Assembly (NCBI GenBank): GCA_016177405.1
Contig: JACOVG010000006.1
Coordinates: 10,064-74,063, forward strand
Length of the DNA: 64,000 bases
Source of the DNA: Candidatus Omnitrophota bacterium
GTDB taxonomy: Bacteria > Omnitrophota > Gorgyraeia > 1-14-0-20-64-10
Reading direction: 5' to 3'
Below the pieces are notes generated by a model. The model was given only the letters and a program-made list of their open reading frames with translations. It searched no databases and was not told the origin of the DNA. The first letter of the stretch is position 1; every line of letters starts with the position of its first letter. This document shows positions 8,586-18,101 of the stretch, piece after piece. Both the position numbers and the translations under genes were made by a program.

Positions 8586-9745
8586 CTGGGCGCTCCTTCA
8601 GGTGCCGGAAGAAGATTGAGCAGCTCCTGGACAATGCGCGAAGCGGCTCCCTGCGCCTGCCTGAAGAGCTTGCCAGCTTGAGCCGGCGCGGGCCCCGGCG
8701 GGCCCCACCAGGCGCCCAGATGCCGGACCAGCGCTTTCCGTTCCGTGACCGTCGGGACCAGCCCAAGATCCGTTCCAATGAAGGGACCCGCCTGGCATCC
8801 CCCGGGTTGAAAGCTGACCGACCGTTTGCCCGCCAGGGCTGCCTCCAGCAAAAGCAGAGAGGTCATCCCCAGGACGCCGTCGCTGGCAAGGATGGACGGC
8901 CACGGAGGCTGATTGGCCATGGGCCAGAGCCGCCCCTGCGACCTCCAGCGCCGGGCCAGCGGTCCGCACGGAAACTCCCCCTGCGCCTGGGGGTGCAGCT
9001 TCACGATCAGACGGGCCTTCAACCCTTGCGCGGATTCGACTTCGTCAAGAGCGGACAAGGTCTCCTCCAACACCTGGTCTTCGGTGTAACCCCTGAAATA
9101 AGGGGCTCCAGGCGCAAAATCGGAGTTGAACGATTCCGCCGCGAAGAGAAAGAAACGTTCGTTGGCGGATGCCCCGGCCCTTGAGAGCCACCCTTGCTTG
9201 AGAGAGCGCGCGTCAGCGAGGAGGGACGGCTCCGCCAGTCCTTGAACGAGCGTTTCCAGGTAGGGGTGCCCGGTAACGACCAAAATCTCCTCCGGCAGCC
9301 CTTCCCGAATGGCCTGGGCCTTGGCCGTCTCATCAGGGAGAGCGATCCGCGCGGGGTAAACTGGAACTCCCGAGGGCGCGGCGGCCCAACGCTCCTTGTA
9401 ATAGCACCAATGATCCACGACAGCCAAAGCGGGAAGGCGGGTATGCCGCAGCAGGATCTTGTCGATGCTCTGACCCCAGGCGGTTCCCAAAAGAAGGAGA
9501 TCCGGACGAATGTCCGCGACCTCTCTCATGATGGCCTCGGTCAAGCCGTTCGGCGGCTCCTGCGCCTGGGGGACCACCCTATGCGTGAGCGCGGCCCTTT
9601 CAAACAGGCCCACCGCCTGGGCGCAGGCCAAAGAATGAACCTGGGCGGACGCTTCTTCCTGAAGCGCCCGGATCACGGGGATGAGAACGTTCGCTCCGCC
9701 GGCGTCCTGGGCCGCCGCTAAAACCACCGGACGTCTGTCAGGCAT
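8582..9745 (-). CDS. Hypothetical protein, possibly GT-B-like (PseG/TagF-like) sugar-processing enzyme
   Basis: 387 aa; N-terminal Gly-rich VVLAAAQDAGGANVLIPV and C-terminal RLIVKLHPQAQGE (K-x-HP reminiscent of TagF-family); assignment tentative. Confidence 0.4.
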   Translation of the reverse strand: MPDRRPVVLAAAQDAGGANVLIPVIRALQEEASAQVHSLACAQAVGLFERAALTHRVVPQAQEPPNGLTEAIMREVADIRPDLLLLGTAWGQSIDKILLRHTRLPALAVVDHWCYYKERWAAAPSGVPVYPARIALPDETAKAQAIREGLPEEILVVTGHPYLETLVQGLAEPSLLADARSLKQGWLSRAGASANERFFLFAAESFNSDFAPGAPYFRGYTEDQVLEETLSALDEVESAQGLKARLIVKLHPQAQGEFPCGPLARRWRSQGRLWPMANQPPWPSILASDGVLGMTSLLLLEAALAGKRSVSFQPGGCQAGPFIGTDLGLVPTVTERKALVRHLGAWWGPPGPAPAQAGKLFRQAQGAASRIVQELLNLLPAPEGAPR

Positions 9746-10784
9746 CGAAGGGTTTGAGCAAGGTTCGCATCCGGTGGAGGTAGGTGTGCTCCTGAAGAAC
9801 CCTGCGGCGCCCTTCCTGGGCCATTCGCCGAGCCTCCTCTGGATGACGGAGATAATAGGACACCTTTTCCCTGGCCTCCCCCGGCGAGCGGTAGGTGGCC
9901 ACCTCCCGTTCCGGCGTCAACAGCTCTTCCATGCCGGGGACATGATCGGTCAGTTCGAAGGTGCCACAGCCAAGCAGCTCGAAGGCTCGCGCGTTCAACC
10001 CGGCTTGCCGGGCCTGCTCATCGTGAACGTTCAGGCCCATGGAGGCGGCGTTGTAAATCCGCGCCGTGGTCCGGTCCGGGACATAGCGCTCCGGCGAAAC
10101 CACTCGGCGCCAGGCGCCGTTTAAGGACGCCCGGACCTGGGGGCTTCCCCACCCTCGGCCCCACACCTTCAGATCAAATTCCGCCAGCGCCTGAACCATC
10201 CGGTCGCGGCCGGGCGCGTGCCAGGCAACAAAGGCAACCTCCGAGTGAAAGCGCCTCCTTTGAAGGGGGCTTAAGGCGAGGGGCCTATAGACCGTCTCAT
10301 CGCAGGCGCAGGGCAAAAACGAAACGGTCCGGGCGCCTGCCTTTTTAAGATCCGGCAGGTAGGAGCGGTCAAAAAGGTAGAAATGGTCAATGAGCGGCAG
10401 GCGGTCCTCAATGGGAAAGCGAAAGGGATTGTCCAGCCACCAGGTGATCAAGGGCGCTCGGGTGGAGGCCTTGAGTGCTCGAAGCAGCGAAGCGGAAAGG
10501 GTTTCTCCCCTTAAGATCAAGATCAGCTCCGGCTGGGCTTGACGGGCCAATGCCAGCAGGCGCTGATCCCGCTTCGCCAGCCAGCGTTCCCGGAAGATGT
10601 CGACCAGGGGGACGCCCCCGGGAAAACGAGAAAGAAGTTGCCTGCCCTGCCTTAAGGTGAGACGGTCCACCCAAGGGCTTGAGCTCAAGAAGGGAATGAC
10701 TTGATGGTTAAGCCGCTTAAGGGCGCAGGCGGTATACCACACCCAAGGGACCAGGAAAGTGGGAGAGATCAACAAGATCTTCAT
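9738..10784 (-). CDS. CgeB-family (DUF3880 + GT1-like) putative glycosyltransferase
   Basis: ATG at 10784 (MKILLISPTFLVPWVWY) forming ATGA overlap with upstream stop; C-terminal GT1-like EQARQAGLNARAFELLGCGTFELTDH...ATYRSPGEAREKVSYYLRHPEEARRMAQEGRRRVLQEHTY resembles CgeB spore-maturation/GT family. Confidence 0.55.
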   Translation of the reverse strand: MKILLISPTFLVPWVWYTACALKRLNHQVIPFLSSSPWVDRLTLRQGRQLLSRFPGGVPLVDIFRERWLAKRDQRLLALARQAQPELILILRGETLSASLLRALKASTRAPLITWWLDNPFRFPIEDRLPLIDHFYLFDRSYLPDLKKAGARTVSFLPCACDETVYRPLALSPLQRRRFHSEVAFVAWHAPGRDRMVQALAEFDLKVWGRGWGSPQVRASLNGAWRRVVSPERYVPDRTTARIYNAASMGLNVHDEQARQAGLNARAFELLGCGTFELTDHVPGMEELLTPEREVATYRSPGEAREKVSYYLRHPEEARRMAQEGRRRVLQEHTYLHRMRTLLKPFDA

Positions 10785-11689
10785 CGAGTCACGGAAGCGG
10801 AACAAGCCCTTCTCTCCCTCATGGAGGTCAAACCCTCCTCAACACCCATTGGTTTCACCTCCAGCTCTTCGGACATGCGGCGAGTCACAAAGGAGGTGTC
10901 CTTAGGACGCGGGGCAAGACCATGAAGGAGAGCGCCGGCGACCGGCTTGACAAGGTTCTCGGCAAACCCGAAGATCCGGCAAACGGCCAGCGCGAATTCC
11001 GTCAGTGGAAGCCTCTGCGGTCCCGCGACATGAAGGGCGCCGGTCATACCCCTTTCCAAGGCTGTCCAGATGGCCCGGGAGCAATCCTCCGCGCGAAGGG
11101 GCATGCTCATGACCTCTCGAGCGACGGGAATCTTCTTGCCCTCTTCCAGCCTCTCAAGCCACCGGGTGACGACGTTGCCGCGGCCCCCCGGCCAGGGCCA
11201 GCCGTACATGAGGATGGGACGAACGATAAGGTGCCGGCATCCGCTGGCGCGCACGGCATCCTCGGCCTTCACCTTGAGCTGGCCGTAGCGGTTGATTGGC
11301 CTCCTGGCCGACTCCTCGGAGTAAGGGGGGTTGTCCCCATCAAAAATCGCGTTGGAAGAAACCGCCGCGAGGAAGATCTTGAGCCGCTGGCACAGCTCCG
11401 CCAGAACTTGCGTCCCCCCGACGTTGATCCGTGAAACCGATTCCGGGTCGCGCTCCGCTTGGTCCACCGACCCCACGCCTGCGGTGTGGATGACGGCGTC
11501 CGGCCGGACTTGCGTCAGCAGCCTGAAGAGGTCCAATTCGTCGAGAAGATCCATCGCGAGGAAGCGGTCCTTCCACGCGGCCGGAGGCGGCAAGTGGTGA
11601 TGGGTGGCCAAAACCTCACACCCCTGGGGAGCAGTTTCCAGGAGGGTTTTTCCCAAGAGTCCCGTGCCGCCGGTGATAAGGACGCGCAT
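10781..11689 (-). CDS. dTDP-4-dehydrorhamnose reductase (RmlD)-like NAD(P)H-dependent sugar reductase
   Basis: [16 protein letters not shown] Rossmann; YGQLK active-site motif (Y-x3-K); ATG 11689 preceded by AGGAGG SD 6 nt upstream. Confidence 0.7.
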   Translation of the reverse strand: MRVLITGGTGLLGKTLLETAPQGCEVLATHHHLPPPAAWKDRFLAMDLLDELDLFRLLTQVRPDAVIHTAGVGSVDQAERDPESVSRINVGGTQVLAELCQRLKIFLAAVSSNAIFDGDNPPYSEESARRPINRYGQLKVKAEDAVRASGCRHLIVRPILMYGWPWPGGRGNVVTRWLERLEEGKKIPVAREVMSMPLRAEDCSRAIWTALERGMTGALHVAGPQRLPLTEFALAVCRIFGFAENLVKPVAGALLHGLAPRPKDTSFVTRRMSEELEVKPMGVEEGLTSMRERRACSASVTR

Positions 11690-11691
11690 CG

Positions 11692-12606
11692 TCAACCTCC
11701 TGAGGCGACCTCCGAGGGTTTCTTATCCGCCTGAATCTCCTGAAGACAATCCAGCAAGCCGGTGCCCAGATCCACGTAGTGATGGCTGATAAGCTTCCTG
11801 GCCATCTGGGGACGGAAGGCATACGGCGTGACGCGGTAGTGCGGTGTCCGTCCCGACTCCGACTGCAGGGGGTCCACCGGCTGGTACTCGATCTCGATGG
11901 GTAAGCCCAAGATCTCGCGGATCATCTCCATGAGGTCGCGCACCCGGGTCGGATGGTGGCCGGTCAGGATGACGCGCTCGTTCTTGAACCCCGGATCCAG
12001 GATCTGGACGCTGGAGCGGGCGACATCGGAAACGTGGATGTATTCCCTCAACTCGTCACCGCTTCCATGAACAACGATCCGGCGCTTTTCAAGCGCCTGG
12101 GTGAGGTAATGGCGCACGCCGTTGCCGCCGTCGGCCCCGCGGCCGTAGATGGAACCGTACCGGAGGATCGTGTAGTCCAATCCAAACCAGCGCTGGTACT
12201 CCTCAACGTACGACTCGCAGGCCTGTTTGCTGGCCCGGTAAAAACCGCCTGCTTGCCCGGAGACATAGATGCTGCTGGCGAAGACATACCGGTGGACCTT
12301 GGCGAGCCGCGCCTCCTCCAGGAGGATGGCGTTGCCAAGGACGTTGACGCGCGCGGTGTCCACCGGACGACTCTGCGCCTCCTCCAGGTTGGCCAGGCCG
12401 GCGAAATGATACACCACCTCTTGGCCGGTCATGGCGCGGCGCACGGCCTCCTCATCCAGGATGTCCCCCTGGACGAACCGCTGCCGGCCGTCCGTGTGGG
12501 CCAAGCGGCTGCGGTCGAAAACCGTCACCTCGTGACCCGCTTGCGCCAGCGCGTCCACGACATAGGAACCTACGAATCCCGAACCTCCAAAGACAATGGC
12601 CTTCAC
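11692..12606 (-). CDS. NAD-dependent epimerase/dehydratase (extended SDR, UDP-glucose 4-epimerase-like)
   Basis: Probable GTG start at 12606 (KAIVFGGSGFVGSYVV) with strong SD AAGGAGGAG 7 nt upstream; YRASK catalytic motif; ORF-track N-terminal extension is GC-rich read-through. Confidence 0.75.
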   Translation of the reverse strand: MKAIVFGGSGFVGSYVVDALAQAGHEVTVFDRSRLAHTDGRQRFVQGDILDEEAVRRAMTGQEVVYHFAGLANLEEAQSRPVDTARVNVLGNAILLEEARLAKVHRYVFASSIYVSGQAGGFYRASKQACESYVEEYQRWFGLDYTILRYGSIYGRGADGGNGVRHYLTQALEKRRIVVHGSGDELREYIHVSDVARSSVQILDPGFKNERVILTGHHPTRVRDLMEMIREILGLPIEIEYQPVDPLQSESGRTPHYRVTPYAFRPQMARKLISHHYVDLGTGLLDCLQEIQADKKPSEVASGG

Positions 12607-12625
12607 CTCAAGACTCCTCCTTTTT

Positions 12626-13384
12626 CTAATCGCCGCCGGCAACCGTGATGGTTTCGCCGGTGATAAAATCGCCGGCCTCCGAGGCCAGATACAGCGCCAT
12701 CCGGGCCATGTCCAGGGGTTGTCCCGCCCGTTGGAGGGGGATCTTCCGAATCCTCTCCCGGCGGTCCCTCCGGCCCATCTTCTGATGAAAGGGGGTCTCG
12801 ATGAATCCTCCACGGATGGCGTTGACCCGGATGCCGTGCGGGGCGCCCCACCGGGCCAGCCCCCGGGTGGCCGCCTCCAGGGCCGCCTTGGCCGCCCCGT
12901 AATGAAGGCTGACGGGAGACCCCCCGTATTTGGCGGAGATCGAACTGACGTTGATGATCCGCCCGGAACGCTGCCTCCGCATGCGCCAAAGGGCCTCCTG
13001 GGCCAGGAAGAAGGGGCCCTTGGCGTTGAGGGCGAAGGTCCGGTCCCATCCCTTTTCGCTCAAGCGTTCGATCGGTTTCGGCTCCAGGACGCCCCCCGCG
13101 TTGTTGATGAGGACATCGATCCGGCCAAAGGCGCGCACAAAGGCCTTCACCAGACGACGGATTTGGGACACCTGGCTTAAGTCCGCCTTGAAGCAAGCGG
13201 CCGTTTTGCCCTTCGCGAGGAGCGCTCTCCGGAGCGCCTGGGCCTTCGCGGCATTCCGGTGGTAGTGAATGCCGACCTGGGCGCCGCAGTCGGCGAAAAG
13301 GCAGACCATGGCGCTGCCGATTCCCCCGGTGGCCCCCGTGATCAAAACCCGTTTGCCGCGAAGGGATTCAAACATCGGCGCCAT
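12626..13384 (-). CDS. SDR-family oxidoreductase (FabG-like)
   Basis: KRVLITGATGGIGSAM (TGxxxGxG), NNAG, S...YGAAK (Y-x3-K) motifs; 252 aa. Confidence 0.8.
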   Translation of the reverse strand: MAPMFESLRGKRVLITGATGGIGSAMVCLFADCGAQVGIHYHRNAAKAQALRRALLAKGKTAACFKADLSQVSQIRRLVKAFVRAFGRIDVLINNAGGVLEPKPIERLSEKGWDRTFALNAKGPFFLAQEALWRMRRQRSGRIINVSSISAKYGGSPVSLHYGAAKAALEAATRGLARWGAPHGIRVNAIRGGFIETPFHQKMGRRDRRERIRKIPLQRAGQPLDMARMALYLASEAGDFITGETITVAGGD

Positions 13385-14108
13385 GGGCCTTCAGCCAGAA
13401 TTCCACTTGCGGGATCTGCCACTGGTAATCCACGTCAAGCCCTCCCCACTGCTTGAGGGGGTGAATCTTCCTGCCCATCCACCTTTGAGGCAGCAAGCCG
13501 TCCTCGAGGTTGTCCAGACACCTGGGACGGACCACCGAAACCCCCATGTCGGCGAAGTAGACCTCCCCTTGCGAGTCCCGGTCGCAGTTAAGGCTTTGTG
13601 GGTTGCCTATCGCTTCAAAAGGGACAAAGGGTTGAAGGAACCCTTCGGGCCCCAGCCGCCGCGCCCGCAGGGGACTCCACATGTTGTAGGCCGAAACGGA
13701 GACGGCCGAATCGATTGAGGGGTCCTCCCTCAAGACTCGGATTCCCTCTTCGATCAGGCGGCTGGTGACCGTGGGGGCGTTGCAAAAAAGAAGCACCAGA
13801 AGCTCGGGCTTGTCCCCGCGGGAGGCGAGCCGGCCGCAAATCTCCCGGTAACCGTGGCGGAAGACCTCCTCTCCGAGCGCGGAATCGGCCGCCAGTTCCG
13901 GGGGCCGGACGATCGGCTCCGCCCCGCGGCCGGCGGCGATCTTCAGGATCTTCTCCGAGTCGCTCGATACGAAAAGCCGGTCCACCCCCTTGGCGTTGGA
14001 AGCGGCCTCCAGCGGGTACGCCATCAGCGGCTTTCCCAGAACCGGATACCAGTTCTTGCCCGGAAAACCCTTGCTCCCCTCCCGCCCGATCAAGAGCGCG
14101 GCGATCAT
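13368..14108 (-). CDS. Acylneuraminate (nonulosonic acid) cytidylyltransferase, NeuA family
   Basis: ATG at 14108 (MIAALLIGREGSKGFPGKNWYPVLGKPLMAYPLE) = CMP-NeuAc synthetase N-terminal signature; ATGA overlap with upstream stop. Confidence 0.75.
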   Translation of the reverse strand: MIAALLIGREGSKGFPGKNWYPVLGKPLMAYPLEAASNAKGVDRLFVSSDSEKILKIAAGRGAEPIVRPPELAADSALGEEVFRHGYREICGRLASRGDKPELLVLLFCNAPTVTSRLIEEGIRVLREDPSIDSAVSVSAYNMWSPLRARRLGPEGFLQPFVPFEAIGNPQSLNCDRDSQGEVYFADMGVSVVRPRCLDNLEDGLLPQRWMGRKIHPLKQWGGLDVDYQWQIPQVEFWLKAHGADV

Positions 14109-14953
14109 CCCGCCGCCTCCACGGGCTTCACCCCCGCAAGCATCCATCCCCGGTCGTAGGCCACGCGGATCTGCCCCAGACCGGCCTGCCCCATCAGCCG
14201 GATGGCGCCCTCGCGGCTGAAGCGATGCTCCAGCGGGGCCGAAAAACGGTCGTAAAGATCACCCACCAAGCTTAAGGGTCCTTGGCCGTGCCGGTAAGGC
14301 AGCCGCTTGACCCAGGAAGAGAGGACCCGAACGTCTTTGGCGAGGCGGTACGGCAAGGTGAAGGTAAGCCACGCCAGGGGAGAGCCCAGGACGCAAAGCC
14401 CGTAGAGCAGGCCCGGCGGGAGCCTGCGCGTGATCCCTCTGGTGAGCCGGGTCAGCTTCAATCCCAGACGCCAGCTTACGCTCCGGTCGCTCATGTCCTC
14501 GTAAAGATAAATGGCGAGGGCGGCACCCGGCTTGGCCAGGTGAACCAGCTCCTGAAGCCCCCCCAAGGGAGAAGCCATGTGGTGGAGCACCCCATAGGAG
14601 TAGATGAAATCAAAACAACCCGGCCCGAAGGGAAGCCGCTGGATGTCGGCTTGAAGGATCCGGGCATTGGAAAGGGATCGCGTCCTGGCGAAGCTGGCCT
14701 GGGACCCGCCCGGGCTTAGCTCCACTCCCACCAGTTGAGCCTGGGGGTGGCGCACGGCCTGGAGATAAAGGTCGATTCCGTTTCCGCAGCCGGCGTCCAG
14801 AACCAAACCCTTCAAAGGGGCGAGGTGAAGGCCTTCCCGCATCCGGTCAAAGTGGTAAGCCGGGGGGAGAGTTCCCTGACGCCTTTGGGAAGCCGACCAG
14901 AGATACCCGTAGCGGCTGGAGGTCTCCGATTCCACGCTCGCAAGACTAGGCAT
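14105..14953 (-). CDS. Class I SAM-dependent methyltransferase
   Basis: ATG at 14953; motif I LVLDAGCGNGIDL, acidic motif II, VLHHMASP (methyltransf_11/12-like). Confidence 0.7.
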   Translation of the reverse strand: MPSLASVESETSSRYGYLWSASQRRQGTLPPAYHFDRMREGLHLAPLKGLVLDAGCGNGIDLYLQAVRHPQAQLVGVELSPGGSQASFARTRSLSNARILQADIQRLPFGPGCFDFIYSYGVLHHMASPLGGLQELVHLAKPGAALAIYLYEDMSDRSVSWRLGLKLTRLTRGITRRLPPGLLYGLCVLGSPLAWLTFTLPYRLAKDVRVLSSWVKRLPYRHGQGPLSLVGDLYDRFSAPLEHRFSREGAIRLMGQAGLGQIRVAYDRGWMLAGVKPVEAAG

Positions 14954-15959
14954 GAACCTTCCCAGCCCCCAGCTTTTCCAGCTCCATGGCCCGGTAGGAG
15001 CAGCGGTCGCAGGCCTGAAGCTTGTGGGCCTGCCCCTCGGCATGAAGCCGCCGGTACCGAGAGGCCTCTTCCGAAAGCCACATCGACCGTATCGATTGGG
15101 CCCCGGCCCTTCCGAGGGCCAAGAGAGAGAAGTCTGAAACGCCGTGCATCAGGCACGGCAGGGCGGTGCCGTCCCACAGGATGGTCATCCTCTGCCACAG
15201 GAAGGGACAGGCCCAGTCCGCGACGAGCCCCCGGTGATCGTCCTCCGGCCCCTCCCGGCGGTGGTCGAGATAGGCGATTTCATCGGCCGTGGCTTCCCAA
15301 AAATTCACGTACTCGGAAAACCGCTCCCGGAGCTCTGCGAGCATCACGGACTGCACCCTGATCTGCGGGATTCCCAGGCCCCGCTCATCCCGGAGGCGCC
15401 GCAGGGTCTGGACATTCGCCACCACCCGCTCAAATTGGGCCCCCACCCGATAAGCCTCGTAGGATTCCTTGGAGGTCCCCTCGAAAGAGATGGAAATCCG
15501 ATCCAGTCCGGCATCGATCAGCCGGTGGATCAGGGCCCCCGTCAAGAGGGTCGCGTTGGTGTTGAAATAAACGTCCAGAATCCCCTTCTGCTTGGCGTAC
15601 GCCACCATCTCCGGAAGTTTCGGGTGCAGGGTGGGCTCCCCCCGGAAGCTAAGCTTGATGGAAAAAAGCCCTTCCGCCGCACCTTCATCGATGATCCGGG
15701 TAAAGAGCTCCCACTTCAGATATCCCGGAACCTCCGGGCCCCAATTCTTCATGGTGGTGGCGCAGAAGGGGCAGCGCAGGTTGCACACGCCGGTTGATTC
15801 GATGTCCAGGTGAATCGGGAACTCCCCCACGGTGAAGCGCTCCGGAAACTGGGCCCAGCGCCTGCGGTACTCCTGAAAGCGCGGATCTTTCAGCCGCGCG
15901 TCAAAAACGCTGGATTTCCCCACCGTGTGGAAATTGGGGTTGGCTCGGGCTCCGCTCAT
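14946..15959 (-). CDS. Radical SAM enzyme with C-terminal SPASM domain
   Basis: CNLRCPFC (CxxxCxxC) radical SAM cluster; C-terminal Cys-rich CPFLWQRMTILWDGTALPC...CDRCSY consistent with SPASM auxiliary cluster domain. Confidence 0.8.
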   Translation of the reverse strand: MSGARANPNFHTVGKSSVFDARLKDPRFQEYRRRWAQFPERFTVGEFPIHLDIESTGVCNLRCPFCATTMKNWGPEVPGYLKWELFTRIIDEGAAEGLFSIKLSFRGEPTLHPKLPEMVAYAKQKGILDVYFNTNATLLTGALIHRLIDAGLDRISISFEGTSKESYEAYRVGAQFERVVANVQTLRRLRDERGLGIPQIRVQSVMLAELRERFSEYVNFWEATADEIAYLDHRREGPEDDHRGLVADWACPFLWQRMTILWDGTALPCLMHGVSDFSLLALGRAGAQSIRSMWLSEEASRYRRLHAEGQAHKLQACDRCSYRAMELEKLGAGKVHA

Positions 15960-16540
15960 CTCTTTTTGATCACCCGCGCCTGAAACTCGATCTCGTCAAA
16001 CCCGCCCACCCAGTAGCACCAGATCCGCTGGGTCCACCGAACGTTGAGGTTCGCCAGGCCGTCGATCGCGCGCGAGATCGCTTTGCGCAGCCAGGTGGTT
16101 TGCGCCCTCGGGCGCATCCAGTGCAGCCGCACCCTCTCCACCTGGAAATGGCAGCGGCCATAGCGCTCCGAATGGCCGGGGTCGAAATGGTCGAAAAGAC
16201 CCACCCCCACGGCCCGCTTGTGACCCGGGTGGGTCCAGTTGCAGGAGTAGTGGGGCACGCGTATCTCCAACCGGGCCCCGTGCGCGCAAATCCGGTACAG
16301 CTCTTGGATCACCCCGATCGTGTCTTCCAAGTGTTCCAGGCAATGATCCATCACCACCTCCCGGACCGATCCCTCCTCGAAAGGCCACGGAAAAAGATCC
16401 AGGTCGTGGACGACGTCCGGCGTGGGACCATTTCCGTTGTTGTCCACGTTGAGGAAACCGGCGATCCGGCGGCCGCCTGAACCGATGTTCAGCCTCAAGA
16501 GAACCCTTTCAGGGGTTTGGACGAAACCCGCGTCAGACAT
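15956..16540 (-). CDS. Class I SAM-dependent methyltransferase (Methyltransf_11-like)
   Basis: RVLLRLNIGSGG motif I; ATG at 16540 lies 5 nt after upstream stop (ORF-track GTG 16564 would overlap upstream gene). Confidence 0.65.
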   Translation of the reverse strand: MSDAGFVQTPERVLLRLNIGSGGRRIAGFLNVDNNGNGPTPDVVHDLDLFPWPFEEGSVREVVMDHCLEHLEDTIGVIQELYRICAHGARLEIRVPHYSCNWTHPGHKRAVGVGLFDHFDPGHSERYGRCHFQVERVRLHWMRPRAQTTWLRKAISRAIDGLANLNVRWTQRIWCYWVGGFDEIEFQARVIKKR

Positions 16541-18092
16541 CGATTGGGTCGAGGACTCCAACACCCAAGTACTCCTCTCTGAATTTCACCTGCAGATTCT
16601 TGTACTGCGCGTCTCCGGCCTCACTCATCTGTTCCGCGAGGCGGATCTGCGGATGGACGGGTTCTGGCATCGTGACGTAAAAGCTGAAGGTGCGCTCCAA
16701 GCCCAGGATCTCCTCCCGGGAGAGCTGGGGCATGTTCAGCGTGCTTGCGTCAGGGTTATCCAATGAGCAGATGGTGCCGGGGTCGAGGTACCCTTCCCGG
16801 ATGGCCAGCTCTCTTAACGGCGTTCCGTGGAAGGGGGCGAAGATGAAGGCGCCGGAGCATTCCACCCCCTTGGGCAGCTGGCGGTTGAATTCGATCGTGT
16901 CGAAGATCAGATCCCGCGTCTCCAGGGGCATCCCGATGATGCTGTTTCCGTTGGCGGCGTATTTCCGGCCGGCCACCGCCCGGAAGGCCTCCAGCATTCG
17001 CTCGTTGGAGAGTTTCCTTTTCAGAACCTTCTCCCGGTACTCGGGGTTCCCATGCTCGATGCCCATGCTCATCCTAAGGCAATTCATCCGTTCGAGCCAC
17101 CCGGCTCTTTCTTCGGTGATGGTCTCGCAGCGGGTGTTCATCCAGAAGGGGATCTTAAAATCCAGGTACATGTTGGCCAGCTCCAGAAACTCCCCGTCCC
17201 CCATGGCGAGAAAGGTGTCCACCACGAAGTAGATGAGCTCCGGCTGATACTTTTCCTTGAGGAACTTAAGCTCCGCGTGCACGCGGTCCATCCGCTTCTT
17301 CCGGTAGAACCGCCCGCCCTTGTCGTTGGCGTAGGCCAAGTTGTTGGAGGGGGAGTTGCAATAGGCGCAGGTGTAGGGGCAGCCCCTCTGGGTTTCCATG
17401 CCGACCGTGCGCCAGATCTTGCCCATCATGGGCCGGTAAATGCTCTGGGGATCGAACAGATCGAAATCCGGGTAGGGAAGGCTGTTCAGATCCAGCGTCT
17501 GGCGCATCGGATTCTGGTAAATCTGGCCATCCTGTTTCACCCAGAGGTTAGGGGTGTCCTTGACCGGCAGCCCGCGGCAGAGTCTAAGGCACAAGTCCAG
17601 CAGGGCCTCCTCCCCTTCCCCGCGGCAGACGTAGTCGACCGCCTCTTCCCGGACGATCTTGTCCGGCGCGTAGGTGGCGAAGACCCCGCCGAAGAGAACG
17701 GGCGGACGCCCCTTCAGCGACTGGACCAGCCGGAGGCCGACGGTGTAGGTGTTCTCCACCACCGAGACCGCGATGAGATTCGGCTGGAATTCATCCACCT
17801 TTTTCTGAAAGTCCAAGAACATATCGGTCTCCACGGGGCGGATGCCCCTCTCCTCCCAGCGGAAGGGGCGCAGGGCCGAGTGGAAGTACGGGTAGTTGGC
17901 GCCGAAGGGATTCTTGTAAAAGGTGCAGTCAAAGAGGTCCACGGTGAACCCTTCCTGCTTGAGGACCGCGGACAACAGTCCCAGACCGGTGGGCATTAGG
18001 GCGCGCATCTCGATGTTCGGGTAAAGGAACAAAACCCGGAAATCCTTGGGGTTTCTTCCGTTGCCCATCGGTGTGGTGTTGAGTGAAATCAT
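16533..18092 (-). CDS. Cobalamin (B12)-binding domain radical SAM enzyme (class B), probable C-/unactivated-position methyltransferase
   Basis: N-terminal B12-binding-like VLFLYPNIEMRALMPTGLGLLSAVLKQEGFTVDLFD...; radical SAM CPYTCAYC; ATG 18092 with GGGAGAAGG SD. Confidence 0.8.
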   Translation of the reverse strand: MISLNTTPMGNGRNPKDFRVLFLYPNIEMRALMPTGLGLLSAVLKQEGFTVDLFDCTFYKNPFGANYPYFHSALRPFRWEERGIRPVETDMFLDFQKKVDEFQPNLIAVSVVENTYTVGLRLVQSLKGRPPVLFGGVFATYAPDKIVREEAVDYVCRGEGEEALLDLCLRLCRGLPVKDTPNLWVKQDGQIYQNPMRQTLDLNSLPYPDFDLFDPQSIYRPMMGKIWRTVGMETQRGCPYTCAYCNSPSNNLAYANDKGGRFYRKKRMDRVHAELKFLKEKYQPELIYFVVDTFLAMGDGEFLELANMYLDFKIPFWMNTRCETITEERAGWLERMNCLRMSMGIEHGNPEYREKVLKRKLSNERMLEAFRAVAGRKYAANGNSIIGMPLETRDLIFDTIEFNRQLPKGVECSGAFIFAPFHGTPLRELAIREGYLDPGTICSLDNPDASTLNMPQLSREEILGLERTFSFYVTMPEPVHPQIRLAEQMSEAGDAQYKNLQVKFREEYLGVGVLDPIDV

Positions 18093-18101
18093 CCTTCTCC
18101 C

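Noticed and set aside
16827-17999. Plus-strand 390-aa ORF
   Set aside because: Antisense to the class B radical SAM gene whose translation shows clear CPYTCAYC and B12-binding motifs; plus-strand product is Gly/Pro/Val-rich junk.
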